This document shows positions 9,093 through 17,905 of a DNA stretch of 64,000 nucleotides, piece after piece. Origin of the DNA: Turneriella sp. Its GTDB lineage: Bacteria > Spirochaetota > Leptospiria > Turneriellales > Turneriellaceae. Numbering within the stretch: the first letter of the stretch is position 1; the number at the start of each line of letters is the position of its first letter. The notes under the pieces are model-generated. The model was given only the letters and a program-made list of their open reading frames with translations, had not been told where the DNA came from and ran no database searches. The position numbers were made by a program, and so were the translations under genes. The stretch spans positions 1,504,001 to 1,568,000 of the forward strand of contig CBDIID010000003.1 of the NCBI GenBank assembly GCA_965279515.1, given 5' to 3'.

Positions 9093-9314
9093 GCGGCTGT
9101 AGCACCGAAACGGAGATCGCAAAGCGATCACATTTGGATAGAGCATTTGGCTTCGAACCAAAGGGTAGCAAGTTCGAATCTAATGCGCACGGAGGCGCTA
9201 TAGCTGGCGCCTGGCAGGAGGCCATCTTTGGCGCCAGCTTGCCAGCCGCACACGAGGTGCGTAGGCACGCTGCTGACATGGATGTCATCTACGCAGCGAG
9301 CCAGCCGCACACGA
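9093..9314 (+). pseudogene. Second tRNA-Arg(UCG) copy interrupted by hairpin insertions
   Basis: tRNA blocks at 9093-9103, 9131-9181 and 9238-9250 separated by hairpin-rich inserts; 15-nt direct repeat at 9241-9255 and 9300-9314. Confidence 0.85.
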
Positions 9315-9385
9315 TGACATAATTTTGCCAATCGGCGGCAAAAAATATATCTTATCGAAATTAAGACTTAGTATAAGGAGTTCAA

Positions 9386-9976
9386 ATGATCAAAATTGGA
9401 AACAAAGCCCCCGACTTCAAAGCCACAGCGCTCGTCGGCAAAGATTTTAAGGATGTCTCGCTCGCAGACTATAAAGGCAAGTACGTCGTACTGTTCTTTT
9501 ACCCGCTCGACTTCACGTTCGTCTGCCCTACCGAAATTATCGCATTCTCGGACAAGGCCGCCGAATTCGAAAAACTCGGTGCGCAGGTCATCGGTTGCAG
9601 CGTCGACAGCAAGTTCAGCCACCTGGCATGGACAGAGATTCCCCGCGACAAAGGCGGCATCGGTGACATCAAGTACCCGATTCTCGCAGACATCACGAAA
9701 GATATCGCACGCAGCTATAACGTGCTGATCGAAGAAGCGGGCATTGCGCTGCGCGGTGTGTTCATCATCGACGGCAAAGGCGTGCTGAAATCGGCGACTG
9801 TGAACAACAACAACGTCGGCCGTAACATCGAAGAAGTGCTGCGTACGGTTCAGGCAGACCAGTTTGCCGAATCGCACCCCGGCGAAGTCTGCCCCGCCAA
9901 CTGGACACCCGGCAAAGATTCGATGAAAGCCGATACCAAAGGCTCAAAAGAGTATTTCGCGAAAGCAGGCAAGTAA
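9386..9976 (+). CDS. ahpC: 2-Cys peroxiredoxin
   Basis: [14 protein letters not shown] and GEVCPANW. Confidence 0.95.
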   Translation: MIKIGNKAPDFKATALVGKDFKDVSLADYKGKYVVLFFYPLDFTFVCPTEIIAFSDKAAEFEKLGAQVIGCSVDSKFSHLAWTEIPRDKGGIGDIKYPILADITKDIARSYNVLIEEAGIALRGVFIIDGKGVLKSATVNNNNVGRNIEEVLRTVQADQFAESHPGEVCPANWTPGKDSMKADTKGSKEYFAKAGK

Positions 9977-10010
9977 GCCAAGGGCCACCTTCGGCTAAAA
10001 CTTTCAAATG

Positions 10011-10038
10011 ATCGCGCCTATGGCGCGATTTTTTTTTT
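10011..10038 (+). terminator. Intrinsic terminator after ahpC
   Basis: ATCGCGCC-TAT-GGCGCGAT followed by a T run. Confidence 0.85.
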
Positions 10039-10051
10039 AGGCTTATAAAAT

Positions 10052-11323
10052 ATGTTCACTTACGTACAAGATGCATTGGAATGGCGCGGCAAAGATCTCG
10101 GCCCCGTCATCAGTGGGGCCGCCGATAAACTCGCGCGCGACTACCAGTACACCGGCCCCTTCTGGCTCTACCAGGAAAAGATTCTCAGCGAACGGCTGGC
10201 CCTGCTCGAAAAACAGCTACCGGGCTGCGGTTTTTATTATTCTGTCAAATCACAGTCGAACCTCGGCATTTTGACTCGAATCGCCGAACACAAGAGTTTT
10301 GGCGCCGACGTCGTTTCGGGCGGCGAACTCTACCGTGCGCTCAAGGCCGGTTTCCTGCCCGGTAAAATCGTCTTTGCCGGCGTCGGCAAAACCGAAGCCG
10401 AAATCGCCGCGGCGCTCGACCTCAAGATCCGCAGCCTGCATGTGGAGAGCATCTCTGAACTCAAAGACATAGCACGCCTCGCGGCGGAAAAAGGCCTTGT
10501 CGGTGCGGTAACGCTGCGCCTCAACCCCGACGTCGAAGTCGATACGCACCGCCATATTACCACCGGCAAAGAAGAAAATAAGTTTGGTCTGAGCGAAAGT
10601 GACTTCCAGGAATCACTAAAAATGATCAAGGGCTCAAAAAGCCTGAAACTCGTGGGCTTACAGGCACACATCGGCTCGCAGATTTTCGACGCGGCACCGT
10701 ACATCGAAACCGCGACTTTCCTTTCGGAAAAATACGGCGTTGTTAAGGCGGCGCTCGACTATCCGCTCGAATACATTTCGCTGGGTGGCGGTTTTGGCGT
10801 GAAATACGAAGATCTCGAAGGCGACGCAGTCAACTTTGACTTCGCGGGCCTGGTCGATGCGATTCGGAAAATATTCGGCGGGAAAATTGAGATCCATTTT
10901 GAACCCGGTCGTTTTATTTCTGCGCCGCTGGGCATCCTTGCCACGCGTGTGCGCCATCTGAAAGAACGGAGCGACAAAACCATCGCAATCATTGACGCGG
11001 CGATGAACGACCTCATTCGCCCGATGCTCTACGAGGCCTACCACCCCATTCTGCCGGTGAGCCGCCGCGCAGGACAGCACACCTACGACGTTGTCGGGCC
11101 CGTCTGCGAATCGACGGATACATTTGCCACCAAGCGCCGCCTGCCGACGCTCGAAGAAAAAGACTGGCTCGTGATCGGTTATGCCGGCGCCTATGGCTCG
11201 TGCATGAGCTCGAACTTCAACACCCGGCCACTAATTCCGGAGCTCTTGCTGGCTGAGAACGGCGAATTGCAGATGCTGCGCAGGCCCCAGACGCTCGAGC
11301 AAATGCTGGTAAACGAGTTATAA
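10052..11323 (+). CDS. lysA: Diaminopimelate decarboxylase
   Basis: YSVK, DVVSGGEL, FAGVGKT, ITTGKEENKFG, HIGSQ, EPGR, IRPMLY, GPVCESTD. Confidence 0.95.
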   Translation: MFTYVQDALEWRGKDLGPVISGAADKLARDYQYTGPFWLYQEKILSERLALLEKQLPGCGFYYSVKSQSNLGILTRIAEHKSFGADVVSGGELYRALKAGFLPGKIVFAGVGKTEAEIAAALDLKIRSLHVESISELKDIARLAAEKGLVGAVTLRLNPDVEVDTHRHITTGKEENKFGLSESDFQESLKMIKGSKSLKLVGLQAHIGSQIFDAAPYIETATFLSEKYGVVKAALDYPLEYISLGGGFGVKYEDLEGDAVNFDFAGLVDAIRKIFGGKIEIHFEPGRFISAPLGILATRVRHLKERSDKTIAIIDAAMNDLIRPMLYEAYHPILPVSRRAGQHTYDVVGPVCESTDTFATKRRLPTLEEKDWLVIGYAGAYGSCMSSNFNTRPLIPELLLAENGELQMLRRPQTLEQMLVNEL

Positions 11324-11389
11324 ACAAATCCTGTCCCCAGCGTCGTCCGGAAAAAATTGACAAGCAAATATCTGTTGAGATTCTTACCG

Positions 11390-12046
11390 ATGCGATACTT
11401 ATTTTTTATACTCACGCTGGCCACAGGCCTCGTTGCTTCGGATCTCTCCGGAACTGATCTCAAATTATCTTTGATACATACCGGGCCTAAGTCCGGCATC
11501 ATCGGCGAACGGTCGTACGAGATAACTTTCGACGAACAGCAATACCACATGAGGCTTCTGGGACCAGGCGGCCCTTCGTGCAGTGCCCCCTACCAGATTG
11601 AAGGAAAAAAAATTAAGCTGGAAGGCAGTACCGATTTCTGTAAAAAGCAGGTCTGTACAATCGTTTCTAATCTGACTTCTGTTGAAGGCAGCCAGGGGCT
11701 GCAATGTGGCAAAACCATTTTTTACACCGAAGCCGACCGGCCGGAAAAAGGCGCAGCCGTAAAAGTAAACGGTGTCCCGGCTGTAGCGATGGGCTATGTG
11801 GCCGGCTCAACCACGACAAAGGTGGTGATCCGCAGCGGGCCTTCAAAATCCAGCAAACCTGTTGTTTGTAATGGCAAGGTGCCGGACACTTTGAATTTAA
11901 TGGTCCTCGCCCGCACGGCAGACAAAATGAAAGTCGATAGTTGGAACAACTATTGGTATTACGTTTTTATTCACGGTGACGAAAACAGTTTTGATTGCGG
12001 CATTAAACCGCAATGGATCTTCGGCGAATTTGTCAAGGTGCAATAG
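11390..12046 (+). CDS. Secreted Cys-rich protein with C-terminal SH3-like domain
   Basis: Signal peptide; IRSGPS...VLART...NYWYYV...WIFGEFV. Confidence 0.65.
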   Translation: MRYLFFILTLATGLVASDLSGTDLKLSLIHTGPKSGIIGERSYEITFDEQQYHMRLLGPGGPSCSAPYQIEGKKIKLEGSTDFCKKQVCTIVSNLTSVEGSQGLQCGKTIFYTEADRPEKGAAVKVNGVPAVAMGYVAGSTTTKVVIRSGPSKSSKPVVCNGKVPDTLNLMVLARTADKMKVDSWNNYWYYVFIHGDENSFDCGIKPQWIFGEFVKVQ

Positions 12047-12506
12047 CCGCGATCACGTAGTGGTATTTTGCCTGCGCGGCACGCTTGCCGTCGGGCAAAA
12101 AGAAATCACAGACAAAAAATAGATTCTTACCCTCGCGGCGCTTCAGCACGGCCTTTGCCCTCAGGGTCTCACGGTTTACGGCTCTTAAGTAGCGAATGGA
12201 AGCGTTTACCGTCACCATGCGTTCGTTTGCTTTCTCGATAAAAAACAGGCACATCATGGCCGTAATCGTATCGCCCACGGTAAAATAAGCGCCACCATGC
12301 AGTAAGCCGTGCAGCGCGCGGTTCGACATGGCAAAGGGAATCGAGGCCTCTGAAAGCTCGCCGCTCAGCGTCTCGAGCTTCATCTTTGTTGTGCCTGGGT
12401 GGCACTGCTCGATCAGGTGTTGTACCTGACTGACAAAATCGCCGTCGCGGCGGATATCAAACAGGTCTTTCGGAATGATGTCGAAAATCAGGTCTGCATT
12501 GTGCAT
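12033..12506 (-). CDS. PaaI family thioesterase
   Basis: HGLLHGG...GD and TVNASIRYLR. Confidence 0.85.
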   Translation of the reverse strand: MHNADLIFDIIPKDLFDIRRDGDFVSQVQHLIEQCHPGTTKMKLETLSGELSEASIPFAMSNRALHGLLHGGAYFTVGDTITAMMCLFFIEKANERMVTVNASIRYLRAVNRETLRAKAVLKRREGKNLFFVCDFFLPDGKRAAQAKYHYVIAAIAP

Positions 12507-12560
12507 ATACACAATATATAATAAACGGGGTTTTCCGGCCGAAAAATGGGGTCCTTAGGT

Positions 12561-13145
12561 CTATTTGGCCAGCAGGGCATGCACCCGCTTTCTCATGCGC
12601 GGCACCATATCTTTTTCAAACCACGGGTTTTGTTTCAGCCAGAGTTTGTTGCGTGGCGAGGGATGCACCAACGGCAGGTAGACTGCGGCATTTAAATCGG
12701 CCTGCAGCACGAGATCGCGCACCGCCAGCTTTGCAAGGTGAGGCAAATAATACCGCACCGCATACGAACCGATAAGCAAAGTCAGCCTGAGGTTCGGCAA
12801 CAGCGAGCGCACCTTGGCATGCCAGATCGGTGCGCACTCGGGCCGCGGCGGCAAGTCGCCCGACTTGCCTTTACCGGGGTAACAGAAGCCCATTCCCATG
12901 ATGGCAAACTTCTCGCCGTCATAAAAGGTATCCCGGTCGACACCGAGCCAGTCACGCAACCGGTCGCCGCTCACATCGTTCCAGGGAATGCCCGTGGCAT
13001 GCACCTTTGTGCCCGGCGCCTGGCTGATCAGCAGAATTTGCGCAGTGGGATTTGCCCTGAGCACCGGGTTGGCGCCGAGCGGCAGATGGCGTTCGCAGAC
13101 CGTACAGCTGCGGATATCCGCGAGCAGGGTGTTCAGGGCCTGCAT
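12561..13145 (-). CDS. Uracil-DNA glycosylase family protein
   Basis: CTVC, ISQAPG, PWNDVSGDRLRDWLG, FCYPGKGKSGDLPPRPEC, VHPSPRN. Confidence 0.9.
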   Translation of the reverse strand: MQALNTLLADIRSCTVCERHLPLGANPVLRANPTAQILLISQAPGTKVHATGIPWNDVSGDRLRDWLGVDRDTFYDGEKFAIMGMGFCYPGKGKSGDLPPRPECAPIWHAKVRSLLPNLRLTLLIGSYAVRYYLPHLAKLAVRDLVLQADLNAAVYLPLVHPSPRNKLWLKQNPWFEKDMVPRMRKRVHALLAK

Positions 13146-13816
13146 CAGCCCTTGTCGAGATATTCCTGGATTTTTTCGATCATTGATGCGGGAATCTTGA
13201 TTTCCTGCTCTTTGAGGCGGGAGACATACTTCTGGAAAGAAAGGCGGTGGCTCGACGAGCGCGTGAATTCCTTGAGCGCTTCGGTTAAATGCTCTTCGAT
13301 GCGTTTAAAGAGTTCCTTGTTACCCGAAAGCGCCTGCTCGTATTTACGGATGGGCAGTTTGTTGACACCGCGGCAGATTGTGCGGTAAAATACAAAACGC
13401 GCGAGAATATCGTCGTCGAAGCCAGGCTCCTTGATGGCGCGCTCAAGCCTCTGCAGATTGATAAAATCGACAATTTCAAGCTTGAAGGGGTTATGGCTGA
13501 TTTCCTTGAGAATCGTGGCGAAAAACAGCGACTCGTAGATGCGCAGCATCGGTGTATTGTCGTAGCGCGCCTCTTCATCGTGACCGCAATCGATGTACAT
13601 GACGATGTCGACATCGGATGCCTCGACCGCCATGCCGAAGTTGGCGGAGCCCAAAAGATCGAAGGAGATATTGGCGCCGGTCTTTTGTATCATGCGCGCC
13701 GCACGCGCCAGTTCGCGCGTACGCAGCATGTTTTCTTTAGTTGTGAAGCCGCGGAAATAGTCCTTGAGTCCCAGGAATTTTTTGAACGTTTCGTTTTCCG
13801 GGAACGGGTTACGCAT
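13145..13816 (-). CDS. Putative Pol-beta-fold nucleotidyltransferase
   Basis: LLGSANFGMAVEASDVDIV (hGS-x10-DxD) and a later EIVD strand; ATG 13816 lies 1 nt after the upstream stop. Confidence 0.6.
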   Translation of the reverse strand: MRNPFPENETFKKFLGLKDYFRGFTTKENMLRTRELARAARMIQKTGANISFDLLGSANFGMAVEASDVDIVMYIDCGHDEEARYDNTPMLRIYESLFFATILKEISHNPFKLEIVDFINLQRLERAIKEPGFDDDILARFVFYRTICRGVNKLPIRKYEQALSGNKELFKRIEEHLTEALKEFTRSSSHRLSFQKYVSRLKEQEIKIPASMIEKIQEYLDKG

Positions 13817-13817
13817 T

Positions 13818-14828
13818 TTAAAGCAGGAATTTACCCATCGTGTCGTATTCCGCCGTGTTGAGGATTGTTTCAGTGGCTCGCTGTTTTTTATCAATCTTGA
13901 TGTTACAGATATCGACGATGCGGCCACCGATCAGGCGTTTCCATGTCACATCGCGCAGAAATTTCTGTCCATCGGTATCTGGTTGCAGCTGAAACGTACA
14001 AAAGTACCCGCCCGGCTGCTTGCCCTCCATCGCTTCGACGCTGCCGAAATTCGAGGGGTTGAGAAAATAACTTTGCCCGAGTTTCATCAGGCCGAAACTT
14101 TCATGCACATGGCCTGACAGCACAAGCCGCGGCTGCACTTCGTCGACGGCCTGCCTGAGTCCCTGTGAACCGCAGTGTCCGTAACGTGGCAGTTTATCGA
14201 GCGTGCCATACGGTGGATTGTGCAGCACAAAGACATCGGCGCCCTCGCGCAGCATGAAATCCATCGGTTTGCTGACGAGGGAGTTCCCACTGCCCTTCTC
14301 TTCAAATTCGACAGTGAGTTCTTCGGGAATTCCCGGCGTAAAAATGGGCGCGCTGCCATAACCGGCGAATTTTATGCCATTCAGAATTTCAGATTTTTCA
14401 TGGAGACTGTACGGCGCGACGGCCGTGCCCGGCAGCGCAATGTCATAGTTGCCCGGAATAATAAAACATTTCTTTTGCGTCGCGACGATCGCCTTGTTCA
14501 TCGTCTGGTATTTCCGCAAGAGTTCCTGGTGCGCTTCAGCGGCGAGTTTCAGGTATTCTTCGCCTTCGCCGACAGAAAGCACATCGGGGGTTAATCCGTC
14601 TTTCGCCTTCTCTGCAAAATGCAGAGTCGCCTGCATATCGTCGCTTTTACCCGCCAGCACACGGATTTTTTCCTGCAATTCGATAAAACGAAACAGCGCC
14701 TCATCGGTGCCGAAACAATGGTAGGTCAGGTCGCCCGAAAGTATGTAGAGGTCGGCATCGGTGTGGTTGAGCACACTCGATACGCCGGCAAAATTATCGT
14801 GAATATCTGTAAGATAGACGACGATCAT
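13818..14828 (-). CDS. Calcineurin-like metallophosphoesterase
   Basis: TDIHD, SGDL, PGNYD, HNPP, SGHVHE. Confidence 0.88.
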   Translation of the reverse strand: MIVVYLTDIHDNFAGVSSVLNHTDADLYILSGDLTYHCFGTDEALFRFIELQEKIRVLAGKSDDMQATLHFAEKAKDGLTPDVLSVGEGEEYLKLAAEAHQELLRKYQTMNKAIVATQKKCFIIPGNYDIALPGTAVAPYSLHEKSEILNGIKFAGYGSAPIFTPGIPEELTVEFEEKGSGNSLVSKPMDFMLREGADVFVLHNPPYGTLDKLPRYGHCGSQGLRQAVDEVQPRLVLSGHVHESFGLMKLGQSYFLNPSNFGSVEAMEGKQPGGYFCTFQLQPDTDGQKFLRDVTWKRLIGGRIVDICNIKIDKKQRATETILNTAEYDTMGKFLL

Positions 14829-14835
14829 TGCGGCG

Positions 14836-15360
14836 TTACAGCCTCCCCTGGAGCAGTGTACCCATGGCGTATTCGGTATCGGTCTCAGCCGTGTGATCGG
14901 ACGGGCCGCGGCTGCACATACACATGTGACGGCCGGTGGATTTCACGCGTACACCCTTCGCCTTTCCCGAGGTCATGATTTCTTCGGCAATTTCTTTCAC
15001 GAGGTCTTCCTGAATCTGGAAACGGCGCGAGTATGCCTGCACGAGACGGGGAAATTTGCCGAGGCCGATGATGATTTCGCCGGGTTCATAGGTAATGTCG
15101 ATTTTACCGTAAAACGGCAGAAAGTGGTGGGCGCAAATCGAAAAATAGTTAATGTCACGGACGGTCACCGTGCCGGTATACTTTTCACCCTTAGCGATTT
15201 CCCGGGTTGTCTTGAGTAGCTTCGACGGGTCGATGCTGTAGCCTTCGAGCAGCTCTTTATAGGCCTTACGGATACGCGGTTCAGCCTCCGCCTCGTCGAA
15301 CCATTCCAGCGCGCGCTTGTCATCGGTCACATTGGCCGAAAGCCAATCTCTGATCTGCAT
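14836..15360 (-). CDS. folE: GTP cyclohydrolase I type IA (divergent)
   Basis: SICAHHFLPFYG, GLGKFPRLV..SRRFQIQE, HMCMCSRG. Confidence 0.85.
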   Translation of the reverse strand: MQIRDWLSANVTDDKRALEWFDEAEAEPRIRKAYKELLEGYSIDPSKLLKTTREIAKGEKYTGTVTVRDINYFSICAHHFLPFYGKIDITYEPGEIIIGLGKFPRLVQAYSRRFQIQEDLVKEIAEEIMTSGKAKGVRVKSTGRHMCMCSRGPSDHTAETDTEYAMGTLLQGRL

Positions 15361-15519
15361 GTGTCGCAATTTCAGCTCAAGACATTGCGGCAACGAATCC
15401 TAAGAGATCAGCCGGCCAGCCATGGTGGCAAATGACGGGCACATATTGATTGACGTCTTGTCAAAAACACCGTTTGCAATTTCCGGTCAGGGCGGTGAAA
15501 ACAGTTCTGAATTCTATCA

Positions 15520-15591
15520 CGGGCTGTAGCGCAGTGGTAGCGCACACGCCTGGGGGGCGTGGGGTCGCTGGTTCAAATCCAGTCAGCCCGA
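15520..15591 (+). tRNA. tRNA-Pro (anticodon GGG)
   Basis: CGGGCTG/CAGCCCG acceptor; CACGC-CTGGGGG-GCGTG; GTTCAAATC T loop. Confidence 0.95.
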
Positions 15592-15595
15592 AATT

Positions 15596-15636
15596 GTTCT
15601 TTCTTTATTTGAGGAAACCTCAAATAAAGAAAGAAC
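15596..15636. repeat. Perfect 19-bp AT-rich inverted repeat
   Basis: GTTCTTTCTTTATTTGAGG-AAA-CCTCAAATAAAGAAAGAAC. Confidence 0.9.
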
Positions 15637-15644
15637 CAAAGAAA

Positions 15645-17072
15645 ATGGTTGTTAAACTTCAAAACACCTTAAGTAGATTAAAGGAGCCCGTCGAGGGCTC
15701 TTCCCTCAAAATCTACTCCTGTGGACCAACAGTCTATAACTACGCCCACATCGGCAACTTCCGCAGTTATGTCTTTGCAGACGTTTTGAACCGATGCCTC
15801 CGCTTAGCGGGCTACCAGGTGCAACATGCCATGAATCTCACCGATGTCGATGACAAGACCATCAACGGCGCGATCGAACTCACCAAAAAGGAACCCGGCA
15901 AGTACCCGGACCTCAAAGCGGCGCTGGGCGCATACACGCAGCCATATACAGAGGCATTTTTCGCCGACCTGAAAACTCTCAACATCATTCCTTTTGACCT
16001 GCACCCGCGCGCGACCGATTATATTCCCGCCATGCTCGATCTGGTTGAACGCCTCATCAAGGCCGGTATCGCCTATGAACAGGATGGTTCGGTCTATTAC
16101 CGCATCTCAGAGAAAAAAGATTATGGCAAACTCTCGCGCCTCGATCTCGAGAAGAACAAGACCGGCACGCGTTATAATACCGACGAATACGATAAAGACG
16201 ACGTGCGCGATTTTGTACTCTGGAAGGCAGAAGGTAAAGACGGCGTGCACTGGCATTCTGATCACGGCGACGGCCGCCCCGGCTGGCACCTCGAATGCTC
16301 GGCGATGATCCACGAGATTTTTAAGGGGCCGATCGACATCCACACAGGCGGCGTAGACCTTATCTTTCCTCACCACGAAAACGAAATCGCCCAGAGCGAA
16401 GCGGCCTATGGCGGTACTTTCGTCAAACACTGGGTGCATTGCGAACATTTGCTCGTCGACAACCGCAAGATGTCTAAGTCCGCGGGTAATTTTTATACCC
16501 TGCGCGACCTGATAGGCCAGGGCAAGAAACCCGAAGTCATCCGCTACTTTCTGCTCTCCGCGCATTACAGCCAGAAAATTAATTTTACCGCCGAAGTTTT
16601 TGAAATGGCCGAGGCCTCAGTCGAAAAATTTTACTCGCTCATCAACCGTCTGGGTCGTATTCAGCAAAATAAGGCGGATGGCTCTGCATCGCTAAAAACT
16701 TCTTCCGAAGCTGCGCGGCAAAACTTTCTCAGCGAACTTGCGGACGACCTCAATACGCCGCGCGCCCTTGCAGTCGTGCACGAATATATGCGCGAGGCCA
16801 ATGCCTTCCTCGACAGCAGTGGCGAAAGCGTCTCTGCATCTGACCATGCCGTCATTCTCGAAACCCTCCGCCACTTTGACAAACTGCTGGGCCTCATCGA
16901 TCTGATGCCGAAGGCAGGTGCACCTGCCGAACTGCAGGCGCTGCTCGACGAGCGCAACAAGGCGCGCGCAGCAAAAGATTTCAAACGCTCCGACGAGCTG
17001 CGTGACCAGATTCTCAAAGCGGGTTACAAAATTCTCGACACCAAAAGCGGATCTCACCTGGAGAAGGTATGA
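15645..17072 (+). CDS. cysS: Cysteine--tRNA ligase
   Basis: YSCGPTVYNYAHIGN, DFVLWK, GRPGWHLECSAM, FPHHENE, KMSKS; true start ATG 15645 (the track ORF runs through the tRNA). Confidence 0.97.
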   Translation: MVVKLQNTLSRLKEPVEGSSLKIYSCGPTVYNYAHIGNFRSYVFADVLNRCLRLAGYQVQHAMNLTDVDDKTINGAIELTKKEPGKYPDLKAALGAYTQPYTEAFFADLKTLNIIPFDLHPRATDYIPAMLDLVERLIKAGIAYEQDGSVYYRISEKKDYGKLSRLDLEKNKTGTRYNTDEYDKDDVRDFVLWKAEGKDGVHWHSDHGDGRPGWHLECSAMIHEIFKGPIDIHTGGVDLIFPHHENEIAQSEAAYGGTFVKHWVHCEHLLVDNRKMSKSAGNFYTLRDLIGQGKKPEVIRYFLLSAHYSQKINFTAEVFEMAEASVEKFYSLINRLGRIQQNKADGSASLKTSSEAARQNFLSELADDLNTPRALAVVHEYMREANAFLDSSGESVSASDHAVILETLRHFDKLLGLIDLMPKAGAPAELQALLDERNKARAAKDFKRSDELRDQILKAGYKILDTKSGSHLEKV

Positions 17073-17860
17073 TTGTCTTCGGCTTCCATGCCGTCAGCGA
17101 TCTGGTAGAAAAATCCGGTTTTCTCGAGGGCGATAAGCTGATCGTTGCGCGTCAGGCCAATGACGGCCACCGCAAAGACGCTACCGGCAGCGGTGGCCAA
17201 AGCGCATCCATGCGCCAAGGCCGTCTGCAGCGAATTCTCGCCAAAGCGGCGAAGGCGCGCGTGCAGGTAATCCAGAAAAATTATGGTGATCTGAATACCA
17301 TAGCCGGCACCAAAAACCACCAGGGTATCGTGCTCGAACGCAGCGCTGAACTCGGGATCAAAAGTTTTACCAAACAGGATTTTGTCGCTGCCACAGGCGG
17401 CATCTACCTAGGTCTCGACGGCGTGCAGGATCCACAGAATTTGGGCGCCATCTGTCGCTCGGCCCTCGCACTGGGAGTGAAAGGTATTTTTCTGCCGCAG
17501 AAGGACAGTGCGCCCGCCGGCGGTACGGCGCTTAAGGCTTCGGCGGGGGCGCTCCTCGAAATGCCGCTATGTTTTACCGGCAGCATTGCATCGCTGATGC
17601 AATTTATCGACGATAAGAATCCTGAAATTCCGATGCTTGCGCTCGACCAGTCGGGCGATCCCTTTACCGAAGACGACACAAAACTCGCCCAAGGGGAGCT
17701 CCCCCTGCTTCTGGTGGTCGGTTCGGAACAGGGAATCAGCCGCCTTGCGCTCGAACGTGCAACAGGCAAACGCCGGTTACGCATCAGCGACAAAGTGGAA
17801 AGTTATAACGTATCGGTGGCAGTTGCCCTCGCGCTCTACGAACTCACGCGCGGCCCATAA
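17069..17860 (+). CDS. TrmH/SpoU family RNA methyltransferase (RlmB-like)
   Basis: GFHAV, NHQGI, LDGVQDPQNLGAICRSA, KASAGA, VGSEQG, ESYNVSVA; follows cysS. Confidence 0.9.
   Translation: MIVFGFHAVSDLVEKSGFLEGDKLIVARQANDGHRKDATGSGGQSASMRQGRLQRILAKAAKARVQVIQKNYGDLNTIAGTKNHQGIVLERSAELGIKSFTKQDFVAATGGIYLGLDGVQDPQNLGAICRSALALGVKGIFLPQKDSAPAGGTALKASAGALLEMPLCFTGSIASLMQFIDDKNPEIPMLALDQSGDPFTEDDTKLAQGELPLLLVVGSEQGISRLALERATGKRRLRISDKVESYNVSVAVALALYELTRGP
17162..17225 (-). repeat. In-frame GGA-loop hairpin element in the methyltransferase
   Basis: Minus strand: GACGGCC-TTG-GCGCATGGATGCGC-TTT-GGCCACCGC...GCGGT-GGCCGTC. Confidence 0.65.
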
Positions 17861-17861
17861 A

Positions 17862-17882
17862 AAAGGGGCTTAACGCCCCTTT
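17862..17882. terminator. Bidirectional terminator
   Basis: AAAGGGGC-TTAAC-GCCCCTTT between convergent genes. Confidence 0.7.
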
Positions 17883-17905
17883 CAAAAAACGGAGTGCGCT
17901 GCGGC

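Noticed and set aside
9010..9331. ORFs over the tRNA-Arg region, and a possible CRISPR or att-site reading of the repeats
   Set aside because: They are shadows of the tRNA sequence; the repeats are not regularly spaced, and no cas or integrase gene is present.
9350..9380. Possible PerR/Fur box before ahpC
   Set aside because: Only a loose AT-rich match; not distinguishable from promoter sequence.
15450..15644. Long N-terminal extension of CysS in the ORF track
   Set aside because: It is read-through of tRNA-Pro and the hairpin; the real start is ATG 15645.
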